64,000 nucleotides of DNA, taken from positions 104,842,001-104,906,000 of the forward strand of contig CM059432.1 in NCBI GenBank assembly GCA_030390025.1, in the 5' to 3' direction. The translations under genes and the position numbers were made by a program. Below, one piece after another: positions 26,202-39,845 of the stretch. Within the stretch, counting starts at the first letter, position 1, and each line of letters opens with the position of its first letter. The notes below the pieces were generated by a model. It was given only the letters and a program-made list of their open reading frames with translations, ran no database searches and was not told the origin of the DNA. This DNA is from Squalus acanthias. Lineage: Eukaryota.

Positions 26202-26819
26202 CTTGGTGTTCTGTTCCTTCCCATTATAAGGCTGAATCTGGTTAAATTTGGGTTTTGGCTCCATGTCGAGAGCCAATATTAGCAGTATTATTAATGGGGA
26301 TGTATGGGGGAATTGTGTACGCCGTGGGGGTGAGCAGACAAGACACTCAGCATTTTCAGATCAGCTCACTTCTAGCTGCTGCGGCTACCATGAAGGTTAC
26401 CGAGCGCGGAGACCTTATATGCGAGTATTTCCAACAGATAATTACTCAGTGGTTTCCACATTCCAATAAAACACTCCCTTCTCTCTCCAACATGTCTAAA
26501 TCCAGTACTTATATCTATACACTACTCAATGGCTAATGTGAGGTGAAAAATGACAGGGTTACAGCCAGATGTGGAGTTTAATTTCAAAAGGTGCAGTCAA
26601 GTACTTGTCCACTGTCAACTTTTATTAACTCGTGGAATTTGTTTTTAATCTTCTTTCCTGTAAAGTCAAAGATGTTATTTTTGCCTTTCTTTATCGTTGC
26701 ATCAGCTAGCAATGCAAAACATTTCTATCTGAACAAACCTTTATTAAAAATTATTTTAAACAGTAAACAGCTGTATTTCATAATTCCAGGGGTACATTCA
26801 AGGAGTCCGAGATGTTGGA

Positions 26820-27125
26820 GTCTAGGATTTGACAACTCTCCTAGCTTGGAGGGCTGAGCTGAGATCGTCATCCATGTAGTGTGGAACTGGAATCACACAC
26901 AGGCCAGACGGGACAGAACTGGCAGGCTCCCTTTTGTGAAGGACAAACAAGGAAGAAGTTGGATTTTTAACACAATCCCAGAAGCTTTTGTGGGGGGGTT
27001 TTGGTGCTAGTCCACAGATTACCAGATTTATTGAACTCAACTTGATAATTTGCCATGGTGGGATTTGAACTCTCAACCTCTGGATTTCTAGTCCAGCACC
27101 ATAGCCACTAGGCTATCATACCCAA
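26820..27125 (-). mobile_element. Diverged copy of the 22535-22897 SINE family
   Basis: TGCCATGGTGGGATTTGAACTC..TCTGGATT..TAGTCCAG..CCACTA shared with that copy. Confidence 0.65.
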
Positions 27126-27519
27126 TATCTAAATAGGTATATGCAGATATAGATACACACCAACACACGGTTTGGGTTAGTTTGGAGTGGAATTCACTAC
27201 AGGGCTTTCTCACGCTATGGCTGACAGCTCTTTTACATTAAAAGCACTGTTTGCCGACTAAAAACAGGGTTTTGCAGCATAGTATTAGAAAGCCCTATAT
27301 GTTATTAGATCTTCTGGTGGAGGTAGTGGAATAATTGTCCTTCATTCACTTCTGCTCCCACCCTCATTCACTTGAGCCTTTCCCCTTCCCTCATGTCCCA
27401 TGCCACCATTGCACCAGCAACACCCCTTGCTGTCCTCGCCCATCGGGCCTTACCCTGAACTGAAACTGTATAGGACCCCTCAAAGATTGCAGCACAGAGA
27501 TTCTTTGCACCTTATTTAT

Positions 27520-28060
27520 GAAATATTAGGAAAATCAAACCTATTGTCTTTGACCGCCGCTACAAACTCCATTCCCTCGCCACTGATTCTATCCCTCTCC
27601 CTGACCACTGTCTCAGGCTGAACCTTGGCGTCCTATTTGACCATGAGCTGAGTTTGCAACCCTACATCCTCTCCATCACAAAGTCCGCCTACTTCCACCT
27701 GCATAACACCGCCGTCAATGCTCATCCCAGTGTTCAAATCCATTCAAAGCTTTGCCCCTCTCTCCCTAGCTCCGTAACCTTCTCCAGCCCTACAACCCTC
27801 CGAGAACTCTGCATTCCTCCAACTTTGGTCAACATTGGCGGCTGTGACTTCAGATGTATAAGCTCTAAGCTCTGGAATTCCCTCCCTAAACCTCTCCGTC
27901 TCTCTCTCTCCTCCTTAAAACCGATCGCCATGGTCGCCCATTCGAATATCTTCTTTTTTTGGCTTGATGTCAATTTTTGACTGACTGCACTCCTGTGAAG
28001 CACCTTGGGATGCTTTGCTATGTTAAATGCGCTATATAAATGCAAAATCTGGTTGCTGTT
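27520..28060 (+). mobile_element. L2 LINE 3' fragment
   Basis: ORF 27654..27980 (ITKSAYFHLHN, KLWNSLPKPLR) and tail GCGCTATATAAATGCAA. Confidence 0.85.
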
Positions 28061-29011
28061 ATGGTGTGATGATATTGGCATGGAGATGCTGGGTAGCAAT
28101 TATACTGCACTAGCATAATGCTAAACTACCACAAAACGGTTCACTTCTTCTCCTCTTGGGGACAGAATGGAGTTTGTACTTGTATTTTTACAGCACCTTA
28201 TCACATTGAAACAGATCAAGATGCTTCACACAACTAATTACTTCTGAAGTACACAGACTTAAGCAATAAGACAGCTATTCTGTGCCAGCAACAAGCCACA
28301 AACAGTAATGAAATGAATGACCAATTAATCTTATTTCATGTGGCATTAGTTGAGGGAGGAGAGGTGGCCAGGGCAAATAGTGCTGTTGGTCTTTAACATT
28401 GACTGAAACCACCGAACAGACAGGCTTCAGTTGCGGAGAAAGTGAACCTCAACAAGAATAGAGCTCTGCCTTTACATGGGCCATCACTAGATGTTGTCCA
28501 ATCTAAGGAGTTTTTGCCACTTATATATAATGCATTACAAAATTACTGAAGATCAACAAATCCTCAAATTTACACAGCAAATCTTTCTACTATAGTCTTA
28601 TTATGCTCCACTCCATTTAGCATACCACTCATCCCATTCAAGGATGAAATTGCTTTCAAATAAAATTGAAATAAAAGGGTTGAGGATTGGAGCTTACAAT
28701 TGATCTGATCAGCTCCTCTGTGTCACATCTAAATAATATTTAAAGACAGCTTTTTTTAAAGTTAGGATTCATGTTTTTAATGTTTCAACAATGTATACCT
28801 GCTAAGAATTATTCTTTCTAGAATATAGATTTTTCTTTTTAAATATAAACATTAAATATTTTGGACTAAACCCTTCTAAAAAGATATCAAACTTACACAC
28901 AAGGCCCTTCAAAGTCAGATTTTATTGCCAATTTAAAACCAATTTTCATGGGTTTTATTTTTAGTGGTAACAAATGGAAGAAAGTTAGACATTAAAAACT
29001 TTGGAGAAAAT

Positions 29012-29105
29012 CAGCTCACCACCACCTTCTCGAGGGCAATTAGGGATGGGCAATAAATGCTGGCCTTGCCTGCGACGCCCACATCCCATAAAAGAATTTT
29101 AAAAA
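29012..29105 (+). mobile_element. Isolated 3' tail of the LINE family at 43190-44535
   Basis: GCTCACCACCACCTTCTCGAGGGCAATTAGGGATGGGCAATAAATGCTGGCCTTGCCTGCGACGCCCACATCCCAT. Confidence 0.8.
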
Positions 29106-30295
29106 ACTGTGTCACTACACCATAGCTCTAGCTCAATACCTAACTCAGAATGAACGACCGTCATTTACTGTAGTATACAGAATGTAGTCCTCACAGCAGT
29201 ATCTAAAGTTGATCCTGGACCCCCTAACAAAATGCACATTTTTTTCTTGCAGAAAATAGGTCACATCAGCTTGGCATGTACAGCATACAACATCTGTGGT
29301 GACATCACTGTTGCAATTCATGGGGAAAAAAATTCTCTAATTTGGGAGTAACTTATTTCTTTTACTAATTCAGCACCCAAAATAAATCAGTGGTGGAAAT
29401 TGGTTAAAAACTGATTTTAAAAGGTCCTTACTTATACAGTTGTTTTAAATTACCACCTAGACAGCTTAACAAAAAGACATGATCTTACTAGAAAGGTGAC
29501 TCTGAAGCATACCTTATACTTAAATGTAAACATGCCCATTACCGACTATTATAAAGCATTCCAACAATTACATTAATCCCGCAAGTTCCAATGTTTCTAT
29601 GATTCATATAAATAGATTTTATATCCAGAAACAGTAGACTTCAGATTTATTGTTGCACATTTCATCACAATTTCACGAAAAGGACAGGAAAATAGAATTA
29701 CACCCTGTCGTGCCAGGTGAACAGTTAGTACTGTTGAGCTTTACTGTCTGATTCCTTCTGTGCTGCTGATTCCTGATCTACAGTAACGAACATCAAGTCA
29801 ACATCTCCTATGATTTCCCAGAAGAGACCCAAGAATGTGCCACATTGCAAGGTACAATAAAAATCAACTACACATTAAAGTCACTTTATTGCTTTAGGTT
29901 TTTCTATCTGTTATTCTTGTTCCTCATTTGGGAACAGTAAACCATGAACAGGAAGTTAAAGACTTGTGCAGATGAATTAACACGGGACTAAAAAGGCTGT
30001 AGATAGCAAGTTTAGAATTTTATAGTCATTCCCACCCCTAAATTGTGGTGAATTTCTATGGTGATATCTGCGGGGGGATGGAAAATTTAGACTTTACATT
30101 AAAAATGTGCATTCTGGTTAATTTTAAGCACTTTTTGACCACACAATTGATAGATCTTTAATCCAAAAACGACTAGATGAAACATACGTGACACATTGGT
30201 TTATTAATATTCAACAGACCAACCAGACCGTCACTTCCCCAAAAGCTATCCCAACAGTCACTCTTTTCCTCCCACCCCCTCATTGAAGCTCAGAG

Positions 30296-30509
30296 CCACT
30301 CTGCCCCTCCAACTCCCTCCCCAGGCACTCTGCCCCTCCAACTCCCTCCCCAGGCACTCTGCCCCTCCAACTCCCTCCCCAGGCACTCTGCCCCTCCAAC
30401 TCCCTCCCCAGGCACTCTGCCCCTCCAACTCCCTCCCCAGGCACTCTGCCCCTCCAACTCCCTCCCCAGGCACTCTGCCCCTCCAACTCCCTCCGCAGGC
30501 ACTCCGCCT
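30296..30509. repeat. 29-bp minisatellite, about 7 copies of AGGCACTCTGCCCCTCCAACTCCCTCCCC
   Basis: Direct head-to-tail repeats that are nearly identical and have no spacers. Confidence 0.95.
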
Positions 30510-31459
30510 CCTTGATGTCCAGGCTGCAGCTTCTACGTGATGGTGTTGCTTTGTTGTGGGATCCATCTTTGTGCTGCAGGTGGAATTTCCTGAGTTTATA
30601 GCAAGACCAGCCATTCTTATGTGCAGTACAGAGTCTGGTTCCAAACAAAGCAGCAGCACAATAAAGTACAACAGAAAATCAGACACATGATATTCAAGCC
30701 ACGCTTCCCTCCTGAATTCTATAAATATACATCAGAAAACCCACATGATCCCCATAAAGAAAAGAGCCTACAGCCTCCATTGTTTGAACTGATTACATCC
30801 AAACCCACCACTCCCATTCCCTCCCTTCCTTAAAACATTGCAAGATCATTACTGACAGGTGGCATTTGGAATGGAAGTAGAGAATGAAGATCAAGGCAAA
30901 AAGTAGTTCACCTGAGAGTTGATTTGTAATTCTGGAAAGAAAACTCCACTGGCTAAGTGATTGTTAAAAATAAAGAGAGGGCATGTGCAACATTTTTATT
31001 ATGTACTCACACCTTCAGTCTGTCAGTAGAGGCTGGTTAGGTAATAAAACACCATGGCTCAGGACAACAACAATTAATTTCATATCCAGGCAGATGTCTG
31101 ATAGATTGAGAACCAATTGAAGCATATACACAGTATGCATTGTGTGATTTAAACCCCTCTTGCATAACACAGCTGAGTTCATGTTCCATACTCGTACACT
31201 CAAAATGTCACGATGCAAACCTTTCACTCGGCAATTTCAGTCATCAGGTGCAGACCTTTTAGTTACCTATGGTATCAGCAAGTATGCCAATTATAACACA
31301 GACACCTTCAGACTGCGTTCTCAGTATTAACAAGAGTCAAGAAAATATTGACAAAATGTCACATTTTTGGCAGCTCTGTACTATGATTAATGGCTATCTT
31401 CAAGAAAGATGAAAGATGAAGATCATGACCTTTAAACAAAACAAACTATTCCCAAAGCA

Positions 31460-31605
31460 GAAGAAAAATACTGCAGATGCTGGAAATCTGAAATAAAAAC
31501 AGAAAGTGCTGGAAATACTCAGCAGGTCAGGCAGCATCTGTGGAGAGAGAAAAGTTTCAGGTCCTCCGACAAAAGGTCATCAACCTGAAATGTTAACTCT
31601 GTATT
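31460..31605. mobile_element. Short Penelope pLTR-derived element with a degenerate hammerhead motif
   Basis: GCTGGAAATACTCAGCAGGTCAGGCAGCATCTGTGGAGAGAGAAA matches 39858-39903, followed by AAGGTCATCAACCTGAAATGTTAACTCT. Confidence 0.75.
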
Positions 31606-32464
31606 CCTAATGCAGTGTGCCTCAATATAAGGCTATTAAACCATGATTCAAAAAATGTTACCAAAAAACCAGACCAACTTCAACAACTCTCGACAATGCA
31701 TATTCCAATATTCTTGCACCCCTCCCTAACCCTATGGTTTTCTCTTACTCTACTGGAGGGAGTGACTCAGGCTGGCATGAGGTTCCCTACTTGCCAGCAG
31801 TCTTCCAATACCGCATCCAAGTGATCATTCTTTGTGTGTGAACCTTTACAATGTGCGTCAGGGCCCAAGAACTGAGGTAAATGTAGCACTTCCTTTCTAT
31901 TTGATTGAGACGAGCAGCTAACTCCACACTGACCAAAGATCACAACCAGGACCATATGACTTCATGGCATTTCACAATGCCGGGAGAACAATATACTACA
32001 GCATGAGTTGTGGGGCTGGCCTGATATTAGAAAAGGATCAATGATACTTGGTAAATAACTTTGGAGCATGACCATTTGACATATCTTTGAATGGTTGTGT
32101 ACATTACCACCCCTTTTTATGCTCGCTGCTGTCATAACCAAAGAAAGGGTAATGAGACCTTCCGGTACTGATATGCCCAAACTAAAAAGAAATTACTATT
32201 AACTTACCAACATTACCACTCTAATGTAACCTGTGGCCTGACACTCCATTTTCCAAAGAACTTCAATTGATAACTGGGACAGATCTTTTATATGTGTGTT
32301 TTAACAGTATTTTGCTCAACACAATGTATTGCATGCATTGGTTTATCAAAATTATAAGTGGTGCAACACCATGTTGGTGACTACACCACAGCATTTTAGC
32401 AGACTATAAGCTATATTTTCAAATGACCAAGTTGACGTAGTTATTGAAACTTAAACACAAAGCT

Positions 32465-33270
32465 CCTCCAATCAGCTGAGCTATACAGACCAAAATGTCT
32501 GAAACACTGAATTAGCAGGTCTCATTTAGGGTGGTACAAATGGCTTCGGGGCCCTTGCTGTTGGGGGAAATGAGAAGAATGGAACAGGATACTCATTTCT
32601 GATTGTTATCCAACAATCTCTGCTGAAAATACACATTTGTGGACAGTATCAAACTTGGTTACAAAGTCCTCCTCAGCCAAATAGATTGCTGATATTCACT
32701 GTCTAGGCTTACACATGAAGAACGGTAGGAGTGGGTGGTTACATATTCCAGCAAGGTGTCAATGCCTTCAAGAGCAGGAGAAAATTGTGGGGCTTGGGGG
32801 GGGGGGGGGGGGGGGGCGGCGTGGAGAAGAGGAGTGGGGCTTGAAGGAGGAAAGAGGAATGTTCCCTCATGGAGGTACATGCAACACTTGGGGGTGGGGT
32901 GGGGGAAAGAGAAGAGGGATGAGTTCTGAGCCAAGGTGGTCCCAATTTCAACCCTTGATCTGTACCATTAGCTGGTGTCAGCTGGGGTAGCAGCAGTGAC
33001 ACTACAATTGATCACACACTCTCGGACCGGGGTAGAAGCAAAAAACAGCCTGGGTTTTGGTCCCCAATCCCTACCAGGGATCCTAGGTGAATGTCAGGAA
33101 AGGGCAGGATTGGGCTTTGCTGAAGAGACATCCCCCCCCCCCCCCCCGGGTCAAATAGCTTGCCCAACAGAATATTAAGGCTGACACATGAAGAATTTCC
33201 ACTCTAGATGAAGTAGTGGAGGACTGCTGGCTCCCATGGGACCATACACAAACATGAAAAAGCAGTAGGG
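32465..33270 (+). mobile_element. Two successive ancient SINE (AmnSINE2-like) copies (~32465-32790 and ~32930-33270)
   Basis: Both contain CAAATAG..GGCT.ACACATGAAGAA motifs. Confidence 0.55.
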
Positions 33271-33409
33271 GAAGATGGGGTTAGATAAAGAGGGGAGGGA
33301 GGAGGTGCATAAACACCGACATGGACCTGTTGTGCCGAATGCCTGTTTCTGCGCTGTAAATAATTTGTAACTTTGTAATAAACTGGGGTGGAAAAACTAA
33401 GAACAGAGC

Positions 33410-33800
33410 CATAGTGGGTTCTGGTTAGTGCACTGTTTCACCTCTGAAACTAAAGTTTGAATCTAGACACAAAAGGCATCAACAAGGGGTATGGGGAGAG
33501 AATGGGAATATGGGTTTGAGATAGAGGATCAGCCATGATCATATTGAATGGCGGAGCAGGCTCGAAGGGCCGAATGGCCTACTCCAGCTCCTATTTTTCT
33601 ATGTTTCTAATCCAGCCCAGACTAACATGCCAAAAACACAGGAGTTGTACATGCCATGAACAGAGGCAGTCTTAAACAAGCTCTACTGGGCATAGACCAC
33701 CAGCGTAAAATTGTTCATTCATTTGGTCGAAAGTGACAGTCACATTCAGAGACACCATAAAGATGGCAGCTGCAGGAAACAGAAAACAAAGAAGGGAATT
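33410..33800 (+). mobile_element. LF-SINE-like relic interrupted by a CR1 3' fragment (33464-33608)
   Basis: TTTCACCTCTG..GTTTGAATC|AATCCAGCCCAG resembles the recalled LF-SINE head. The insertion is flanked by AATC on both sides. Confidence 0.5.
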
Positions 33801-35424
33801 TCACAGTCCTGGAAGACTGGAAAGGGTTGCCTCATTAGCCTCATTAGTGGTTAACACCAAGATGTTAACATCAGCAACTTGGGACATATGCAAATTAATA
33901 GGAGCATTGATTTAAACTCTTTATCTGGCCTGGCAAGCTAAAAGTGGTCCATGAAGACAAACAGCTGTACATTCCTGCAGGAGGGGCCAATCTAGAAGTT
34001 GGAGCTAAGTAGAAGGAGCTTTGCTCTGTATCTAGTACATGCTGTAACTGACTTAGGAATAATTGATGCTCAAACTGGATGCAGAAGAATAAAAGCTGCT
34101 TCCTACTCACCACTGACATTGTTCATTTGGATCAACTCACAATCTTACCAAACATAGAAAATAAAAACTTAGTAACAAAAAGTACAACACCGTGGATCAA
34201 AAGTGGAAGAGTGGACTGAGACAACATTATCGCGCACGGTAGTGCTAAGTGGATGTCAGGCAAATCTCTAACAGTAGAGGAAAAAAGAGTGGGGGTGGGG
34301 GCGTGGGGAAGAATGAAGAGATGTATTAATCCCAGGCCATTCTCAAACAATTCTAGCCAGCTGATTAATGATTGCCTTCAGAGGTCAAAACTACTAAGTC
34401 TGCTATCAATCAGGAATGTTGGCCAATATACATTGGCTGTGATGGCGTTAATAGTGTCAAACGTACATTTCTCTCCCCTCCCGCGCCCCCCTTGACTGTA
34501 TTCATGTCCAACATTCCTTAGTGTTTGCAATATGCTTGTCAACGACGCCAGCCTACACTGCAATTATAGTTAGTAATCTGCAATGGCATGCATTCCTTTC
34601 CAAAGTTAAAGCACAAGTTTTTCTTAATCACTTTACAGAATATGATTAGCCCAATGTGGCGTGAAGGCCACAAACCTCTGGATTCACCAGGGAAAAGTTT
34701 CAAACTAAGATCCCAAAGTATCCAATGCAACACAAGAAATCTGCTGTGCTGCAAAACTGAGCCTTTGCACTGCCATAAAAAGAAATACTTCACATTTATC
34801 CATTCAGCATCATAAACAACAACAACATGCATTTATATAGCGCCTCTAACGTATTAAAAGACAAAAAACTCGATTTGTGTCTGGACAGGAAGTCTATTTC
34901 ATAGTATGGTATTGGCCTTTATATAAACTCAAGTTGTGTTGTGTGAGCAAATACCTGTGTGACTTGTACAGTAACTATTAAATAGACAATAAAGTATATG
35001 TTCTCCACAGCACCTGTTAGATTCTTATACGAGGGTATCAACATAGTCCTTTTCTACACCTCATCCCTCCTCGAACCCAAAATGTTTTAATTGATTCACA
35101 CAAAATTGCTGTATGCAAATATTCTGACTCAGCCATAATGCAACTGGCTAAATATTAGAGCCAACCAGAGAGAGAGGCTGTTGCTGGAAACACTATTCAC
35201 CTTTACTTCAAGTGGAAAATCCATTGTGTGTGCAGTGGAGGGGAAGAAAATCATTTTTTTAATAAAAAAAGTATTTGTTCCTATTGACCCGAGCAAAGCT
35301 GGGGAAACAAGAGAGGCAGAAATCAGACTGTTATGCATTTATTTTTAAAATGTAAACTTATTTGCATTGGGCCCATTTCAGAAAGAATGATCTTCATATT
35401 ATAACCTTACAGGAAAAGGAAAAT

Positions 35425-35620
35425 AAAAACTTGTATTTATATAGTGGCTTATTGTGTCTCTCAGAAACATCTCAAACTGTTTTACAAAGAACAAATTACA
35501 TTGTGCTGTTATGATTAGGTGGGTAAATATGGCAGCCATTTTGCACAAAGCAAAGTCTCACAAATAGCATTGAGATGAATGATCAGTTAATCTGTTCCTA
35601 GTAGTCTTGATTGAGAAAGA
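35425..35620 (-). mobile_element. Deu-domain SINE 3' fragment
   Basis: AACTTGTATTTATATAG tail and GGCAGCCATTTTGCACA..GAGATGAATGATCAG similarity to the other copies. Confidence 0.6.
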
Positions 35621-38204
35621 AATGCCAAAAGACAGTGTCCAGGCTGATTTGGATCCCTAGGTATCAATACGAATCATGAACTGGGTCAGATGCCCCCTGA
35701 ATTTCCAATCAACATCTTCATGGCTCCCCTCTTTAGCAAGGGCATAATACAGCTCTTGGAGTTAACTAACAATATATCCAGTTAATTGGCTTATTTTTTA
35801 AGCTAGTAAGTAGATTGGACTAGATCCTAAAGTGATCCTGCCAACAACCTATCATCTGCAAAAATGAGTGCTACAATACTTTCAGAAATGCTTGAAACAA
35901 GACACTCCTAGTCTGTTTTTCACTATGTCATCCAACACATCAATGATGAAGGTATGAATAGGATACACCATGGATAACCATGCCACACTCGAGGGGTGGA
36001 AGCAGCAGCATGCACTTTTCCCCACTTCTCAAACCAGTTATTTTGTTGCCGCAGTGAGACTGCCTGTTAAGTATTAAATTAGCGATAATCTGTACTCTGG
36101 GCTCAAGCAAGAATTAGAGTCTGCCCAAAACTAATATAACTTACATACAAATAACCATCAAATACAATGTCACTTCATTAACTATACTTTCACATTTCAG
36201 TAATAATCAGTCATCACCATACATTTGAAGCTTATGCAGACAAAATGCACACTTAAACTCAATTTAGTTCTTTGTGAGTCCAAGGAAGAGAACGACAAAG
36301 GCCTCACTGTTCCCGGCAGCTGATTGCTGTACAAACTGAACTCAAGAGACTGGGTTAGTTTTCCAGGACTTCCTGAAACATACAATTAACCCTTTGCTGT
36401 CCTCAAGAGTTCTTGGTTTTATTCAAACACACAAATATATATACACCTCATTATGTAGCCCTGAAATTGATACCACTGCAAAATGAAACGGATCACCACA
36501 AATGAAGCGTGGAGTGGATTGAAGCAGATTAAAAGAATGGTGATTTAAATTGAGAATCGATCCTGAAAGCCGAAACTCTTTAGCTGTAGTTTAGCCAGAA
36601 TTAACCGTGCAATAAATGCAGCTGCAATGCCACAATTTAAAAAGTGACAATTCCCATTCTGTATTAGGCCTCCTCATCAATGTCCTGTTTAATTACTGGA
36701 GATCCCATGCATTCAATCCATTCTTCCTGCTATCAACTGAATTAGTATAATATTGTTAGCAATTAATCCCTTGCGGTCAGAAAAAAAGTTTTAATGGGAC
36801 ACGTTCCAATTGCTAATGCATTCTCGTCAACGGTGGACTTGTATTTTATGATTTCATTAGAATGCTGAATTGTGCAGCTTTCTTATTGCCAATTATAGTA
36901 ATTATTTGACGCATTATATGTTGTAAATTCCCACCACAATACGCTTTCCAATATTGCAGGTCCCTGAAAGCCTCAAATCAGTTTACTAGATGCCTGTTCA
37001 CAGCTTTAAACAGATGTTCATGAATTTTATGCTGAAGCATTCCATCTGGTTTTAAAGAAAAAAATTGTGTAGCTCAGCTCTTCAAATAAAAACACTTCCA
37101 ACAGTGTCAGCAACTTCCCTAGCAGCAGGAATGGAAGCACCCTTGTTGTGCAGACAACAAAACATCAATAAACCTTTGCTACTGAAATAGTGCTTTTTTT
37201 CAGAGCTGTTCCAAGTCCCATTATTTCTGCCCTTGTGCACCCCATGAAACTGAGAGCAATTCCAAGACCCATGAAGAGTCCTAGATTTCGGTCAGTACCT
37301 TTAGGAGGCAAGCTTCACATCTAAGCTTGATTTGTAATTGAATTGCATTTACTGTAGTCATAGTCAACTAGAAAATTCCATAGATCTAATTCCATTCGTC
37401 TGCAGGCTTTTGTGGACCTAGAATTTAAAAAAAAATACTAACAGATCTCCCGTAGTGTTGTACACAGGGAGTCAAGACCAATATTTCAGGTCAAGCAAGG
37501 TAAGAAGGTTGGGATAATTGGATCAAGGCAGGGGAGGGTGGGGAACAAAGGATGCAGCTGGGAGGGGGACAAGAGCAAAGGTGGGGGGGGGGTTGGAGGG
37601 AGGAGCGGGAAGGGAAGGAGTTTGATATGTGAAGGTGGACAGGAACGGAGAGAGAATGGGGAGGGGCTCTGGGCAGCAAACTGTTTCAGCAGGAGGTGTG
37701 CCTGGTGGAAAACCTTGGTGTGGGGGGGCTCTAATAGCAAGCTGCCTCGATGGGAGCGGGTGAGAGAAAGGAGGTAAACAAGTTCACTTGCAGGGAGGAG
37801 GGTAATCCGTGGATCAATGCTGGGCATAGCTGTCTGCATCAGTACTTACTCAGCACTTTAAAGCTACACTGGCACACAGGAAGGAATATGAGACCAGGAT
37901 AGCCATTGAGAGACACGAGTTCAACATGGATTCTACAAAATTTCCCCCCCCCCGATGCCTGGAAGGAAAAAAGGTGTACTTGTACAAGAGGAAAATTAGG
38001 GATATTTTACAAATTAAAATTGCTTATCCTTTCAGAATAGTCATTAGAAACTGAGGTCATACCCAGCAATTTTAATATAAATATACCAAACACATTTCTT
38101 AAATTTGCTAAATATTCTGGTTTAATTTCACAGTTCTTGTCAGTGTTGAAAACATTTAGTCACTTGCTGCTTTCCTTTGAGCAGTGGCACTTACAATAAG
38201 ACTA

Positions 38205-38595
38205 CATCTTGAGTACTATGTCCAGTTCTGGTCACAGACACAAGGGAAACATTCAAGCAAAGAAGAGCCAAGAGAATGATTCCCAGTCTTAAGAGGTCTC
38301 AGTTATGAGGAAAGCTTGGCACTTCATTCTTGAGGTGATATCTGTGAGGTGATTTTAGTGGTATAAATTGAGTAGGACAAGGGGTCACAAGTTTAAACTT
38401 ATAAAAAGATAAATTTAGGACTGTTATCAGGAAGTTTTTCTTCAAAGAAAGAGTGATCAGCAGATGGAATGGACTCCTGGAAATCATTGAAGAACCAATT
38501 GGATATTACAATGGGGGAATACTTTAAAGCCATTCTAGATGGAGAGCTAAGATGGGCCAAATGGCCTTTCTTATCCGTAATTATCTTGTGAATGC
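38205..38595 (+). mobile_element. Old CR1 3' fragment
   Basis: HLEYYVQFWS-like and TRGHKFKL motifs, then the GATGGGCCAAATGGCCT 3' UTR. Confidence 0.75.
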
Positions 38596-38749
38596 TATTA
38601 GGAGGTAAGTTCATCAGAGTATCCACTAAGCAAGGACTAGAATAAGTCTTGAACTTCTAGTTTCCCCCCCACTCCCTGGTTCTTGTGAGGAAATTCCAGG
38701 CCTTGACTGACAATTGATCAGGGGATGCATTTCAAATCAAAAATTCACT

Positions 38750-39026
38750 GGCCCGGATTTTCCGATCGGAGGCTTCCTGCATGCTTTTACCAGGCGTAAG
38801 ATTTTTAAGGGTTTTCAGCGGGCGGAGGTTCTGCAGAAAGCGGAACTCTCTGCCCACGGAGGCCCTTCTCCTGGGCAGGCGGAGGATCTGTCAAGACAAT
38901 TCTTGACAGATCGGAAGAGCCGATTTTCAGCGCATGCGATTCGCATGCCTGAAACCGGCACTTCCGAGGCCCCTACGGGTGTGTACACAGCTCATACACA
39001 TCTGTGGGGGTCAGAAAATACGGGCC
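38750..39026. mobile_element. Non-autonomous TIR element (Harbinger-like MITE)
   Basis: TIRs GGCCCGGATTTTCCGA / TCAGAAAATACGGGCC and an ACT target-site duplication. Confidence 0.85.
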
Positions 39027-39249
39027 ACTGTGTTTGAAACAATTACTCCGTGATGCAGTGTGTTGCAGCATTCCCTAGAGTGGTCCTTAAACAAGACCAT
39101 GCTCCAGATTCGGGCCCACCCTTTCCAATTTCACTCTGCCCTTTCCATCTTTTACACCGTCCACCAGCTGTGAGTATTAGGAAATCGTGGGCACTGCACT
39201 GAAGATACTTCCCGCTGGTAGTGCACTTTCGTGAAATTGGCACCAATTC

Positions 39250-39610
39250 GAACTCTGAATCAGAAGGTTGTGGTTTCGAGCCCCAATCTAGGGACTTTAA
39301 CGCATTATCTAGGCTGACACTCCATGATGGAGTGCGGGTGTGCTACAGTGTCAGGTGCCGTCTTTTGTGGCACTATTCGAAGAAGAGCAGAGATCTCTCC
39401 TGGTGTCCTCGTCAACAGTTATCTCTCAACCAACACCACCAACAGATGAACTGGTCATTTATGTCATTGCTCACTGTGGCACCTTGATATATGTAAATTC
39501 ATTACAAACTTGCCTACATAACAAAGACAACACATCAAAAGTTATTCATTGACTGAAGTGCGCTGCGATATCCTAGGGAAGTGAAAGGCACTATATAAAT
39601 ACACGTTCTT
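39250..39610 (+). mobile_element. Deu-domain SINE (SacSINE1-like)
   Basis: Collinear with 62466-62905. Ends GTGAAAGGCACTATATAAAT. Confidence 0.8.
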
Positions 39611-39845
39611 AATAACTTATCTTCCTCTTGGGCATTTTAGAGCCCTGTGCTCTGTACACTGACTTCAGGCTTTAGCTACCTCCCCATTTCGCTGCTGTAT
39701 TCTATATCAGTTGGTGCCATTTATATTTTGCCACTTTCCCTTCAATTTTCAGGTCATGCCTGACTCATTCCCCTTTAGGATAACCTTTGTAATAGTCTGC
39801 ACCGAGGATTTTAAAGTCTGGTAAAAGGCTATTAAATCTATTATA

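Noticed and set aside
30258-30686. Regular 29-bp repeats and overlapping repetitive ORFs (CRISPR array or repeat protein?)
   Set aside because: The units are contiguous with no spacers, the context is eukaryotic, and the ORFs are open only because the unit lacks stop codons.
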